From a bacterium (GTDB taxonomy: Bacteria; SAR324; NAC60-12), in the NCBI GenBank assembly GCA_965205865.1, contig CBDBHR010000003.1:32001-96000 (forward strand): 64,000 nucleotides of DNA, read 5' to 3'. Position 1 is the stretch's first letter; every line of letters begins with the position of its first letter. Below are positions 29,158-39,617 of the stretch, in pieces. A program made the position numbers and the translations under genes. The notes under the pieces are model-generated. The model saw only the letters and a list, made by a program, of their open reading frames with translations, had not been told where the DNA came from and did not search any database.

Positions 29158-32100
29158 ATGTCTTTGAGAAGCTTCCATCCGGTAGTGAGACAATGGTTTA
29201 CTGAGAATTTTTCCAGTCCTTCTGAAATCCAGTCTTTGGCGTGGCCAAAAATTTTAAAAAAGAAGGACGTCCTGATGTCGGCGCCAACTGGATCCGGAAA
29301 AACACTCGCTGCCTTCCTGTCGGTGATTAATAACCTCTTCGAACATAGTCTGGAAGGCACCCTGGAGGAGAAAACTCAGGTTGTCTATGTATCTCCTTTG
29401 AAGGCTCTCAGTAACGACATTCATCGCAATCTCCAGCTTCCCCTCGAGGGCATAAAAGCCGTTCTGGCAAAAAAGGGTTACCTCGACGGAGACATTCGCG
29501 CGATGGTCCGGACGGGCGATACTCCCAGCCGGGAACGGATTAGAATGACCAAGACACCACCTCATATCCTGGTGACCACTCCGGAATCCCTCTATCTTCT
29601 CCTCACAAACAAGCGTGGCAGGGAGATGCTCAGTGATGTGAATACGCTGATCGTTGACGAGATCCATGCAATTGCCGGGAACAAGCGCGGCGCCCACCTG
29701 TCACTCTCCGTTGAAAGACTGGCGCGTCTCAGCCGGAATTCGCTCCACCGGATCGGTATCTCCGCCACTCAGAAACCCATTGAGCGGATGGCCGATTTTC
29801 TCACCGGAGGCGTAAACAACTGTGAAATCCTGAACGTCGGCCATCGACGTAAATTGGAGCTTGAAATCGAGCTTCCGGGGTCTCCACTCAGTGCGGTAAT
29901 GGCAAATGAAGTCTGGGAAGAAATCCACGAGAAGCTGGAAAATACAATTTATGAACATCAGACCACCTTGATTTTCGTCCCCACTCGCGCGATGGCGGAG
30001 CGCTTATCGCATCATCTGACCGCAAGGTTGGGGCCCGAATTCGTTACGGCGCACCACGGAAGCATGTCCAGAGAAAAACGCCTGAATGCAGAGACGAAGC
30101 TCAAGTTTGGAGAACTGAGAGCACTGGTGGCGACAGGCTCTCTTGAATTGGGAATTGATGTGGGTTCTATCGATTTGGTAGTTCAGATCGGTTCCCCCAA
30201 GTCCATTGCCTCCCTGCTTCAGCGTGTGGGCCGTTCCGGTCATACGCTGGCAGGAATCCCAAGGGGAAAGCTCTACCCATTGACCAAAGACGAACTGATT
30301 GAAGCGGTCGCGCTACTGGACAGTGTGCGCAGGGGTGAATTGGACAACCTCCCCGTTCAGGAGAAACCGCTCGATGTCCTTGCCCAGCAGATTGTCGCGG
30401 AGGTCTCCTGTGAAGACTATACCAAAGACGCGCTCTATGACCTCGTCCGCAGGTCGTATATCTATCGAAATTTAAGCGAGAAAGAATACCATAGTGTCAT
30501 CCAGATGTTGGTTGACGGGTTTACATTCAGGAGAGGAATGAGAAGGTCATACCTCTATTTCAATCCGGTCACTGGCATCCTCAAGGCAAAAAAAGGCGCA
30601 TGTCTTATCGCCACGATTTCGGGAGGAACCATCCCCGACCAATTTGACTACGATGTGCGTCTCGAACCATCGGGAGTACAGATTGGCGCCGTCCACGAAG
30701 ATTTCGCAGTTGAAAGTATCCCTGGAGACATCTTTCAGTTGGGCAACACTTCTTGGCGGATACTCAAGGTGGAGACGGGAAAAGTCCGTGTCGAGGACGC
30801 GGAAGGCTTGCCCCCAACAATGCCCTTCTGGCTTGGTGAGGCCCCCGGCAGGTCCGCCGAACTGTCTGCGTCGATATCCCGTATCCGAGAAGAAGTCTCC
30901 ACACGAGTAAACCTGGATAATCTGGGTGACGATGCGTCGCAAGAATGGAAGCGGGATGCCGTCGCCTGGCTCTGCGAGCAGGTCGGTACCAGTGAGGAAT
31001 CCGCGGATCAGGTCGTCACCTACCTGGCCGCTTCAAAGGCGTGCCTTGGGCGAGTACCAACGCAGAATCACATCGTCTTTGAGCGTTTTTTCGACGTAGT
31101 GGGGGACATGCACCTTGTCATTCATTCGGTTTTCGGCAGCCGGTTGAATAGAGCTTGGGGTCTTGCCCTTCGAAAAAGATTCTGCCGCAAATTCAACTTC
31201 GAGTTGCAGGCGGCGGCCAATGAGGACAGTCTGGTCTTGTCCCTGGGGGAGACTCACAGCTTCCCGTTGGATGGAGTGATAAACTACTTGAATGCCCACA
31301 CGGTCCGCGAGATTCTCGTGCAAGCCATCCTGGACGCGCCCATGTTCCAGGTACGCTGGCGTTGGAACGCATCTACGGCACTGGCCGTGTTGAGACGAAG
31401 GGGCGGAGACCGGATTCCCCCTCAAATCCAGCGCTCAGATGCAGAGGACTTGCTTTCCCTGATATTCCCGGACCAGTTGGCTTGCCTGGAAAATATACCG
31501 GGAGACCGTGAAGTGCCGGACCATCCTCTGGTCAATCAGACCATTCACGACTGCCTCCATGAGGCCATGGACATTGATGAACTAGAAAGTCTTTTCAGCC
31601 GAATTCAAATAGGTGAAGTCGAAGTGTCGTTCCGGGATTTACGAGAACCCTCCCCATTGTCTGAAAGCATTCTCAACGCGAGACCGTATACCTTTCTGGA
31701 TGGCGCGCCCTTGGAAGAACGTCGAGTCCAGGCAGTCAGAACCCGTCGCTGGCTTGAACCCCAAGACGCCAGGAACTTGGGTAAACTGGAGAAAGGCGCG
31801 ATTCAAGCAGTGAAGCAGGAAGCCTGGCCGGTTGTCAGTGACGCGGATGAACTATACGACGTCCTGGTCATGCATGGATTTTTGACAGATAGGGAATGCT
31901 TGCAAAGTGAAGGCGGCGCCTGGCTTCCTTTTCTGGCATCACTCTTGGCGTCCAAACAGACGGTGTCCATAGACTTGAAAGACGATCTCGAGCTCTGGAT
32001 TGCTATTGAAAGAATTCCACAATTCGAGCTCCTTTACGGAAAATCTATTTCTCTCGAAAACACAAAGGTTCCGGAAACCATCCGTGAGTTTCCATCCGGG

Positions 32101-33525
32101 AATGCGGAAGAAGCGCTGATCGATCTGATAAGGGGCAGGATTTCATTGCTCGGTCCAACAACGGCGTCCGGAATCGCGAGGGATATTGGCCTTCCTGAAA
32201 AAAGGATCAACCTGGCTTTGCTCTCCCTCGAGTCGGAAGGAATTGTGATCAGGGGACATTTCTCTCCCGACAGACCTTCCGACGCAGAAATAGAGTGGTG
32301 CGAACGCCGTCTCCTCGCACGTATTCACAAGTACACCTTGGAAAAGCTTCGAAGGGCAATCAAACCCATTTCCTCCGCGGATTTCATGCGCTTTCTCTTG
32401 ATATGGCACAACCTGACTGAAAGTACTCGAAAGGAAGGCCCTGAGGCGCTCAACGAAGTTTTGGACAAGCTGGACGGTTATGCTTGTCCTGCCGTCTCCT
32501 GGGAGAGCGATGTCTTTCCCTCGCGAGTGAAGGACTACGATTACATGTGGTTGGATGCATATTGTCTCTCCGGCAAAACCATGTGGGGCCGTTATCTCAG
32601 GACTCAGAGCGCAAAAGCGGTAAATACGCCCATCCGCACCACTCCGATCACCTTGACGAATCGAACCACGGTCTTCTCCTGGCCGCTTTGCTCTTCAGAG
32701 CCATGCAGACCAATCCTATCCCAGTCCGCACTGCAGGTCCTGGAGTTTCTCAAAGCCGATGGCGCGCTTTTTTACCAGGACATTCTTGCCAGGTCCAAAA
32801 TGCTGAAAAGTGAAGTCGAAGGGGCCATTGCGGAATTGGTCGCAGCAGGAATATTGACTTGCGACAGTTTCGCAGGGTTACGCGCACTGCTGATTCCGGA
32901 GAACTACAAAGTGAGATCCGGAAGGGGCCGCAAACCCGTTTTCAGGATGGAACTAGCCGGCAGGTGGTCTATTATCGAATCAGGGTTCAAAGAAGAGGAT
33001 TCCCGTCCGGTCGATCGAACGATACCGTTGGAGGCGGATATAGAGCAATACGTAAGAATTTTGTTGAAGCGCTATGGAGTCGTTTTCAAACGCGTCTTGA
33101 TGCGGGAGAATGGCATACCACCTTGGCGCGACCTTGTCCGAGTGATGAGGCGGATGGAGGACCGCGGAGAAATTCGAGGGGGCAGATTCGTTGATGGCTG
33201 GGGGGAACAGTATGCTCTTCCTGAGGCGGTCACCGTTATTCGCTCCTTGAAACGAAAGCAACCTCAGGGCGAACTGGTTTCCGTAAGCGCTTGCGATCCG
33301 GTAAACTTGGTGGGAATCATTACTCCCGGAAAACGTATTCCTGCAATTCCGGGAAACCGAATCCTGTTTCGCGACGGAGAACCGATAGCGCGCTACGAAG
33401 GAAAAACAGTTCAGTTTGAAAAGAAACTGGACAATGAAACTGCCTGGCAAATGCAAAAAATACTGGTCCGAAAACGAGTTCCGCCCAAACTCAGAGAGTA
33501 CCTGGGAAACATCACTCTTCCTTAA
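29158..33525 (+). CDS. lhr: Lhr-family ATP-dependent helicase (long form)
   Basis: APTGSGKT, SPLKALSND, TTPESL, DEIH, AHHGS, LELGIDVG, QRVGRSGH; C-terminal IRGGRFV..GEQYALPEA. Confidence 0.92.
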   Translation: MSLRSFHPVVRQWFTENFSSPSEIQSLAWPKILKKKDVLMSAPTGSGKTLAAFLSVINNLFEHSLEGTLEEKTQVVYVSPLKALSNDIHRNLQLPLEGIKAVLAKKGYLDGDIRAMVRTGDTPSRERIRMTKTPPHILVTTPESLYLLLTNKRGREMLSDVNTLIVDEIHAIAGNKRGAHLSLSVERLARLSRNSLHRIGISATQKPIERMADFLTGGVNNCEILNVGHRRKLELEIELPGSPLSAVMANEVWEEIHEKLENTIYEHQTTLIFVPTRAMAERLSHHLTARLGPEFVTAHHGSMSREKRLNAETKLKFGELRALVATGSLELGIDVGSIDLVVQIGSPKSIASLLQRVGRSGHTLAGIPRGKLYPLTKDELIEAVALLDSVRRGELDNLPVQEKPLDVLAQQIVAEVSCEDYTKDALYDLVRRSYIYRNLSEKEYHSVIQMLVDGFTFRRGMRRSYLYFNPVTGILKAKKGACLIATISGGTIPDQFDYDVRLEPSGVQIGAVHEDFAVESIPGDIFQLGNTSWRILKVETGKVRVEDAEGLPPTMPFWLGEAPGRSAELSASISRIREEVSTRVNLDNLGDDASQEWKRDAVAWLCEQVGTSEESADQVVTYLAASKACLGRVPTQNHIVFERFFDVVGDMHLVIHSVFGSRLNRAWGLALRKRFCRKFNFELQAAANEDSLVLSLGETHSFPLDGVINYLNAHTVREILVQAILDAPMFQVRWRWNASTALAVLRRRGGDRIPPQIQRSDAEDLLSLIFPDQLACLENIPGDREVPDHPLVNQTIHDCLHEAMDIDELESLFSRIQIGEVEVSFRDLREPSPLSESILNARPYTFLDGAPLEERRVQAVRTRRWLEPQDARNLGKLEKGAIQAVKQEAWPVVSDADELYDVLVMHGFLTDRECLQSEGGAWLPFLASLLASKQTVSIDLKDDLELWIAIERIPQFELLYGKSISLENTKVPETIREFPSGNAEEALIDLIRGRISLLGPTTASGIARDIGLPEKRINLALLSLESEGIVIRGHFSPDRPSDAEIEWCERRLLARIHKYTLEKLRRAIKPISSADFMRFLLIWHNLTESTRKEGPEALNEVLDKLDGYACPAVSWESDVFPSRVKDYDYMWLDAYCLSGKTMWGRYLRTQSAKAVNTPIRTTPITLTNRTTVFSWPLCSSEPCRPILSQSALQVLEFLKADGALFYQDILARSKMLKSEVEGAIAELVAAGILTCDSFAGLRALLIPENYKVRSGRGRKPVFRMELAGRWSIIESGFKEEDSRPVDRTIPLEADIEQYVRILLKRYGVVFKRVLMRENGIPPWRDLVRVMRRMEDRGEIRGGRFVDGWGEQYALPEAVTVIRSLKRKQPQGELVSVSACDPVNLVGIITPGKRIPAIPGNRILFRDGEPIARYEGKTVQFEKKLDNETAWQMQKILVRKRVPPKLREYLGNITLP

Positions 33526-33802
33526 AACTCTTTATTTGCAGAGAAGCAATACTCAGTTGGGTGTGATTTCGTAATTTTATCAATTCTGGCTTGACAGGGA
33601 ATCCAGGGGCGTGCCACGCTATGTGGTATCCGGGCCCTGGATCAAGTCCGGGATGACAATTCATTGAAATCATTAATTGCGCTAAAAAAAACAGAGAAAA
33701 TCAGACGACTATTTAAAAATTCGGCGGACAAAAAATAATTTATACCGGGCAGGTGGAGATAGACATGATTCACCATGAGGAATTGAAAGAAGTTCGTAAG
33801 GA

Positions 33803-33888
33803 TGGTGCCGAAGGGGAGACTCGAACTCCCACGGGCATTGCCCACTGCCCCCTCAAGACAGCGTGTCTACCGGTTTCACCACTTCGGC
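33803..33888 (-). tRNA. tRNA-Leu(GAG)
   Basis: Reverse complement GCCGAAGTGGTGAAACCGGTAGACACGCTGTC-TTGAGGG-GGCAG...GTTCGAGTC...TTCGGCACCA: anticodon GAG, long variable arm, encoded CCA. Confidence 0.95.
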
Positions 33889-34068
33889 TATTTCGTAAGC
33901 ATATATATAAAGATTATCAAAGAATCTTCAAGGTATTTTTTGTTTCCTTCTCCTGCATGGAAAACGTCTAAAAGTTGATTTTTGTTGGCAAACCATTTAA
34001 TATATTTAGCTTGTACAGTAAAACCGTACAATAACCACCGTATAAAAACACGCGTTCATTGAGAATGA

Positions 34069-34422
34069 TTGATGCCCAGGAAGAAATTAGTTTACAAAAT
34101 CATTTTCGTCAACCAGGGAAAAATCTACGAAATATATGCAAGACAAGTGAATCAGAGTGATATTTTTGGTTTCATCGAAGTCGAAGGTTTGTTTTTTGGT
34201 GAAAAATCCGACGTCGTGATTGACCCGGTGGAAGAGCGACTCAAAGGGGAATTTTCAGGAGTGGAAAGGACGTATATCCCTATGAATGCCGTGGTTCGTA
34301 TTGATGAAGTTGAAAAAAGAGGCGCAAATCGCGTGACTTCGGTCTCCTCCAAGTCGGACAACGTCACCCCGTTTCCGGTTTCCAATCTTATTGTTCCGGG
34401 AGAAGGACCCCAAAAAAACTAA
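34069..34422 (+). CDS. DUF1820-family protein
   Basis: YKIIFVNQGKIYEIYA...VIDPVEERLKGEF...IPMNAVVRIDEVEK. Confidence 0.8.
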   Translation: MMPRKKLVYKIIFVNQGKIYEIYARQVNQSDIFGFIEVEGLFFGEKSDVVIDPVEERLKGEFSGVERTYIPMNAVVRIDEVEKRGANRVTSVSSKSDNVTPFPVSNLIVPGEGPQKN

Positions 34423-34587
34423 CCTGTCCGTGATAAGCACCGCAGATTTGCCGGTAGAATCACTGCTCCTGCCCGTTATGTCCGCCTCATCATTCCTTTC
34501 GCGTTTTTCAACAACACCTCGATGATAGGCGTCAGCGATGCTCCGGCAAGGGAGAAATCCAGGGATGCTCCCCATGCGGAATCAAGA

Positions 34588-34878
34588 TCATTTGTGACGC
34601 AATTTTTGAGATTTCCGCAAGAGTTGGATTTTCATGGTATCCACGCTTTTTCCAATCGCTTTGTATAAATTTTCATGAGAGGCACTGCTGGACAAAGGTT
34701 TTCCCATGTAGGTGCAATTGATCAGCACATGGTGATGTACATCGACTTCTTTGGTCAAACGAATATGAAAGGGAAATTTACTTTCTGTGATTTGAAGCAA
34801 TTCACGCATCACGTCATGTACATGTTCGATGACTGATTCGGAGTGTTTCATGTTGTTAAAAGCGATGTGTATACTCAT
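34588..34878 (-). CDS. Ribosome hibernation factor HPF/RaiA-like protein
   Basis: 96 aa; MSIHIAFNNMKHSES...ASHENLYKAIGKSVDTMKIQL fits the S30AE pattern. Confidence 0.65.
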   Translation of the reverse strand: MSIHIAFNNMKHSESVIEHVHDVMRELLQITESKFPFHIRLTKEVDVHHHVLINCTYMGKPLSSSASHENLYKAIGKSVDTMKIQLLRKSQKLRHK

Positions 34879-35200
34879 AAATCCTTTGCTGGTTATGTAG
34901 TAGCCTGTGATTTTCTATTTTTGTCATTCCTGACTTGACCAGCAATTCGGTGAGCAATCCCGTTTCACGTGATTTCCGGATCACGGGTCAAGACTGGGAT
35001 GATTAATTAGTGAACGGCAAATGATTCTACAAAAAACCCTTCATGGGTCAAGCTAACATTGTGCTGGTGAAAAAATTTAAACGGATATGATAGTTGCGCA
35101 TTTCCCATTGCAGCAAATTCCTGTATCCTGATTACTGGTTTCACGTACTTGATGGCCACTCCTCATGGAATGCGACTCAGAGTTCTGAAAAGGTCCAAAA

Positions 35201-36475
35201 ATGATCCAACAATCCGAAAAAGCCTCTGCTGATACCGTCCCGTATTCGATAAGTCTGAAAGCAACGTTGCAGAGTATTTTTCGTTTTGCAGAAGACAAAT
35301 TCCCCAAAAATAGTGCTCGCATTGAGCCGAGCAGCATCACCTATATCAACCACAAGTCTCTTTTGGAGATGGTGAGAAAAACCATTTCGACGATCAAATC
35401 GGATGTGCTCCCCATCGAGCCTGCAGGTTTGAAAGACACCTTGTTTGTGACCTGCTTGTCTTTGGCGCACATGCAATACCATTTGAATTTGCTGGAGACC
35501 CGCCTGGCTCATTTGTGGGAATACCTGTCCGGACGATTCAGATGGCGGCGTTATATCAAATGGACACGGACCAATGAAGCGTTTCGACATTATCAACTGC
35601 TCAAAGAGCAACAGCGAGATTCTCGGCAGATTTGGGAGCAATTGAATCGCGCCTATAGGGAATTGCGCCATACGATTCGACATAACTCCCTGGCGATTGT
35701 CAAGGCACACGTCTCTTCTACGGAGGGTCAATTTATCATCGATATTGAAAAGCTGGAAAGCTCGCGGACGGCTTTGTTGGAACTGCTCTATGAAATCGAA
35801 GATCAGCATCATCGAAAACAAAAATTACGCAAAATCTTCTTTTATGCTTCCGATCGTCTACGCATTTACAATAAGTTTCGCGGGGCCAATCTGGCGCTCG
35901 AGAATTTGTCGATTCAACTAGAGAGAGTCGACTTGGACAATTCCTTCATCACACCTAATCTGTTGAAAGAAATACGTTTCAAAGAAAGAAAACGCATACG
36001 CTGGTACAATTCAGACAAATACGTGCTGCGTCAACTCGATAAACGCCAATTTCCTTTGAAAACCCTCATCGACGGTCTCGATAGATTGCTGCAATCCGAG
36101 TCCCACAAGTTGAATCTGTATGCCAATCAGGTGACGAATCTGGGATATTTGTTGAGATTTACGCCAACACCTTCCACTGCCGAACTCTCTGGAATCTTAG
36201 TTGAGAAGGATCACTCCCGTCCCCTGCCAAGTCCCACTACAGGTGCTTCAAAAAATGAAACCGCTTCTGCGAACGAGGCTCCCCATTCAGAAGAGTCTTC
36301 TCCGACATCGGTAGTTGCCGAGCAGGAAAATGGCAATTCGGTATTGACGCTGAGCTTGGAAGAGATTGATGAACCCAGCCGGCAATCCCTGGAAGAAGAC
36401 ACGACGCGCGAACCTCCCTTGCCCAAGGAACCGCTTGTCTCCGAATCCCGCAAGGACGAGGCGGTGCTCTCATGA
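35201..36475 (+). CDS. Hypothetical helical protein with disordered acidic tail
   Basis: 424-aa ORF; no recognised motif. Confidence 0.6.
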   Translation: MIQQSEKASADTVPYSISLKATLQSIFRFAEDKFPKNSARIEPSSITYINHKSLLEMVRKTISTIKSDVLPIEPAGLKDTLFVTCLSLAHMQYHLNLLETRLAHLWEYLSGRFRWRRYIKWTRTNEAFRHYQLLKEQQRDSRQIWEQLNRAYRELRHTIRHNSLAIVKAHVSSTEGQFIIDIEKLESSRTALLELLYEIEDQHHRKQKLRKIFFYASDRLRIYNKFRGANLALENLSIQLERVDLDNSFITPNLLKEIRFKERKRIRWYNSDKYVLRQLDKRQFPLKTLIDGLDRLLQSESHKLNLYANQVTNLGYLLRFTPTPSTAELSGILVEKDHSRPLPSPTTGASKNETASANEAPHSEESSPTSVVAEQENGNSVLTLSLEEIDEPSRQSLEEDTTREPPLPKEPLVSESRKDEAVLS

Positions 36476-36597
36476 TTGTCAGGATTTCCGGAATTCGTAT
36501 TGCCATTGTTGATGGCGCATGTTAGGCTTTTTCCATTACTCACTTCCTGCTTCTCTCAGATCAAAGTTCCTCGCCATCCTCGGTTGGAACCCCATTT

Positions 36598-37857
36598 ATG
36601 CTCGATATCAAAATCATTCGCAGCCACCCGGACCAAGTCATTACAAACTGCCGCAATCGTCATGTTGATGTAGATATTCCCCACTTGATGGCGCTCGACG
36701 AGCAATCCCGGCAGTTGAAAGGAGAATTGGATGCCCTGCGGCAGCGTCGCAATGCGATCAGTCAGCAGATGAAGCGCCCAATGTCTGAGGACGAACGACA
36801 GCCTTTGATCGAGGAGGCAAAGTGGCTACGAGAACGAAGCGTGGCCAAGGAACGGGAGTATGATGAGGCAGAGCGTACCCAGCAATCTCTCCTGCGCCAA
36901 GTTCCCAACCTGACACACCCCGGTACACCCGTTGGGCAGACCGACGAGGACAATCGGGTCCTTCGTCAAGTGGGTACTCCGTCTGTTGTTGATTTTGAGC
37001 TTCGAGACCATCTGACGTTAATGGAAGCGCACGATATGATTGACTTTGCCGGCGGCGCCAAGGTTGCCGGACAGAAATTCTACTATTTGAAAAATGAAGC
37101 CGTGTTGCTGGAGTTGGCATTGATTCAATATGGTATAAAAACAGTCCGGGAAGCGGGATTCACCCCTTTCATCACACCCGACATGGCCCGGCAGGACATT
37201 GTGGATGGCATCGGATTCAATCCACGCGGGGAGGAAAGCCAAATATATTCCATCGACAATTCCGATCTTTGCCTGATTGCCACTTCTGAAATCACACTGG
37301 GTGGTCGTCTCAACAATTCGATTTTCCAAGAGGCCGAGCTGCCATTACTTCATGCCGGCCTTTCCCATTGTTTTCGTACTGAAGCGGGAGCCGCAGGGAG
37401 AGAATCCAGAGGACTCTACCGTGTTCATCAATTCACTAAATTGGAAATGTTCATCTCTTGCCATCCGGACCAGTCTGAAGTGATGCATGACAAACTTCTG
37501 CTCCTGGAAGAAAAAATTTACCAGGATTTAAACATCCCTTATCGAGTAGTTGATGTCTGCACGGGTGATTTGGGGGCACAAGCGTACCGTAAATTCGACT
37601 TGGAGGCCTGGATGCCGGGACGGGGAAAATGGGGAGAAATTACTTCTGCTTCCAATTGTAGCGACTACCAGGCACGTCGCATGAACATCCGTTTCAAGGA
37701 TGAAAAAACTGGCAAAAATCGTTTTGTACACCTGCTCAATGGAACCGCCATTGCGGTGTCCCGCACCCTGATTGCCCTTCTTGAAAATGGACAGCAATCC
37801 GATGGCTCCATACGCTTGCCAAATTGCTTGGGCCTCCCTGACATTATGAGCAAATAA
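36598..37857 (+). CDS. serS: Serine--tRNA ligase
   Basis: MLDIK, coiled arm, ATSEI, CFRTEAG..G...RGLYRVHQF, EITSASNC, LNGTA. Confidence 0.97.
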   Translation: MLDIKIIRSHPDQVITNCRNRHVDVDIPHLMALDEQSRQLKGELDALRQRRNAISQQMKRPMSEDERQPLIEEAKWLRERSVAKEREYDEAERTQQSLLRQVPNLTHPGTPVGQTDEDNRVLRQVGTPSVVDFELRDHLTLMEAHDMIDFAGGAKVAGQKFYYLKNEAVLLELALIQYGIKTVREAGFTPFITPDMARQDIVDGIGFNPRGEESQIYSIDNSDLCLIATSEITLGGRLNNSIFQEAELPLLHAGLSHCFRTEAGAAGRESRGLYRVHQFTKLEMFISCHPDQSEVMHDKLLLLEEKIYQDLNIPYRVVDVCTGDLGAQAYRKFDLEAWMPGRGKWGEITSASNCSDYQARRMNIRFKDEKTGKNRFVHLLNGTAIAVSRTLIALLENGQQSDGSIRLPNCLGLPDIMSK

Positions 37858-37868
37858 AGGATTGCCCA

Positions 37869-39581
37869 ATGACTCCTGCCGACTATCACCCCGTGATCGA
37901 CATTTTAGTCCGTCATTTTAACGTGACGAGCGAAGCGCTCGTTCCTTATCAAGAACAATTGTTTGAGAAGCGTAACGATGTGACGGCACTCAAGGAAGTC
38001 TTATTAAAATATAAGGTTGTGAAAGAATCCCTCTTTCAGGAAGCGGTCGCCCGTTTTTATGACATCGAGTACCGAGGGCGTTTTGATGATCTGAATGGAA
38101 TTGAAAGTTTCACGGAAGCCATTCCGATCCGCTATGCCAAGAAATTCATGTTTTTCCCCATAAAAAAGGATGGTTTCAATCTGGAAGTGGCTTTGGAAGA
38201 TCCAGCTTGCATGCATCCCATTGATGATGTGGCCTTGAAATTGAAGTGTCGGGTCATACCGGTGGTTTCGAACCGGGAGGCGATCCTCAACCTGATCAAC
38301 CAAGCCTACGAACGGGCCAGTACGACAGTTGCGGCCATCGAGGAGTTGGATACTGAAGGCTTTGACAATATCCAGGACGATGAAACGGAAGACTTGATTG
38401 ACGCCGTCGATGAGGAGCCCGTTAAGCATTTGGTTAACAGTTTACTCTGGCAAGCGGTGCGGGAAAATGCCAGTGATGTACACATCGATCCCACACCACG
38501 GGAAATCAACGTGCGCTACCGGATCGATGGCATCCTATACGATGTATCTACAATTCCTAAAAAAGCGCACTTGACCGTAGTCAACCGAGTGAAAGTGATG
38601 TCTCGCTTGGATATCGCCCAAAAAGGAATGCCTCAGGATGGACGGACCATGGTGCTGATTGCCGGGAAAAAAATCGATATCCGGGTTTCCACCATTCCTA
38701 CCGTGCAGGGAGAAAAGATTGTCATGCGGCTGCTCTATCAGAGTGAAAATCTGATGCAGTTGAAAGATCTGGGATTGGTGAACAAAGTCCACACTGAGTT
38801 TAATCGCATGATTCATAAAACCGGTGGCATTATCCTGGTGACGGGTCCCACCGGGAGCGGGAAGACGACCACACTCTATGCGGCATTGGGAACCCTGGAC
38901 CGGCGTGCAAAAAACGTGATCACGATTGAAGATCCGGTGGAATATAAAATTCCGGGGTATAGCCAAATTGAAGTCAATCCCAAACTGGGTTTGACCTTTG
39001 CGAATGCTTTGCGCTCCGTACTGCGACAAGACCCGGATGTGATCATGGTCGGTGAGATGAGAGATTCGGAGACCGCGCAAATTGCTATCCAAGCGGCACT
39101 CACCGGACACTTGGTTTTCAGTACAGTCCATACCAACAACGCCCCTGCAACCATCACACGGCTTATCGATATGAAGGTGGAATCCTTTCTGGTCTCTTCC
39201 ACGATCATAGCAATACTCGCCCAACGACTGGTCCGTCGCATTTGCAAATCCTGCAAAAAAGCTTACGATCCACATGAAGAACAGTTGAGGGAAGCTGGCC
39301 TCACGCTCCGGGAATTGAAAGATGCCGGGGTTGAACTGTACCGTGGAAGCGGATGCGAACACTGCAGGGATACAGGCTATCATGGACGAATGGGGATCCA
39401 TGAATTGCTGATCATGGATGATCGAATCAAAAGGGTGATCCTGGAAAACAAGGACGAGCACACAATCAAACGAGTGGCGATGAGTGGAGGAATGACCACT
39501 TTACGACAGGATGGCGCCTACAAGGCATTGCTGGGGATTACGACCCTTGAAGAAGTCCTTTCCGTCACTCGAGAAAATTAG
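37869..39581 (+). CDS. GspE/PilB-family secretion or pilus assembly ATPase
   Basis: ASDVHID, PQDGR, GPTGSGKTT, TIEDPVE, LRQDPDVIMVGEMRD, CxxC...CxxC. Confidence 0.92.
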   Translation: MTPADYHPVIDILVRHFNVTSEALVPYQEQLFEKRNDVTALKEVLLKYKVVKESLFQEAVARFYDIEYRGRFDDLNGIESFTEAIPIRYAKKFMFFPIKKDGFNLEVALEDPACMHPIDDVALKLKCRVIPVVSNREAILNLINQAYERASTTVAAIEELDTEGFDNIQDDETEDLIDAVDEEPVKHLVNSLLWQAVRENASDVHIDPTPREINVRYRIDGILYDVSTIPKKAHLTVVNRVKVMSRLDIAQKGMPQDGRTMVLIAGKKIDIRVSTIPTVQGEKIVMRLLYQSENLMQLKDLGLVNKVHTEFNRMIHKTGGIILVTGPTGSGKTTTLYAALGTLDRRAKNVITIEDPVEYKIPGYSQIEVNPKLGLTFANALRSVLRQDPDVIMVGEMRDSETAQIAIQAALTGHLVFSTVHTNNAPATITRLIDMKVESFLVSSTIIAILAQRLVRRICKSCKKAYDPHEEQLREAGLTLRELKDAGVELYRGSGCEHCRDTGYHGRMGIHELLIMDDRIKRVILENKDEHTIKRVAMSGGMTTLRQDGAYKALLGITTLEEVLSVTREN

Positions 39582-39617
39582 GAAATGATTTGATGGATAA
39601 AAGCGTTTTCTAGCCTT

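Noticed and set aside
33803-33888. tRNA-Leu as an integration site for an island
   Set aside because: No integrase and no duplicated tRNA 3' end seen in the window.
38535-39461. 308-aa minus-strand ORF and similar long antisense ORFs over res, lhr, the ABC genes and the giant regulator
   Set aside because: Shadow ORFs opposite well-supported genes, with no motifs of their own.
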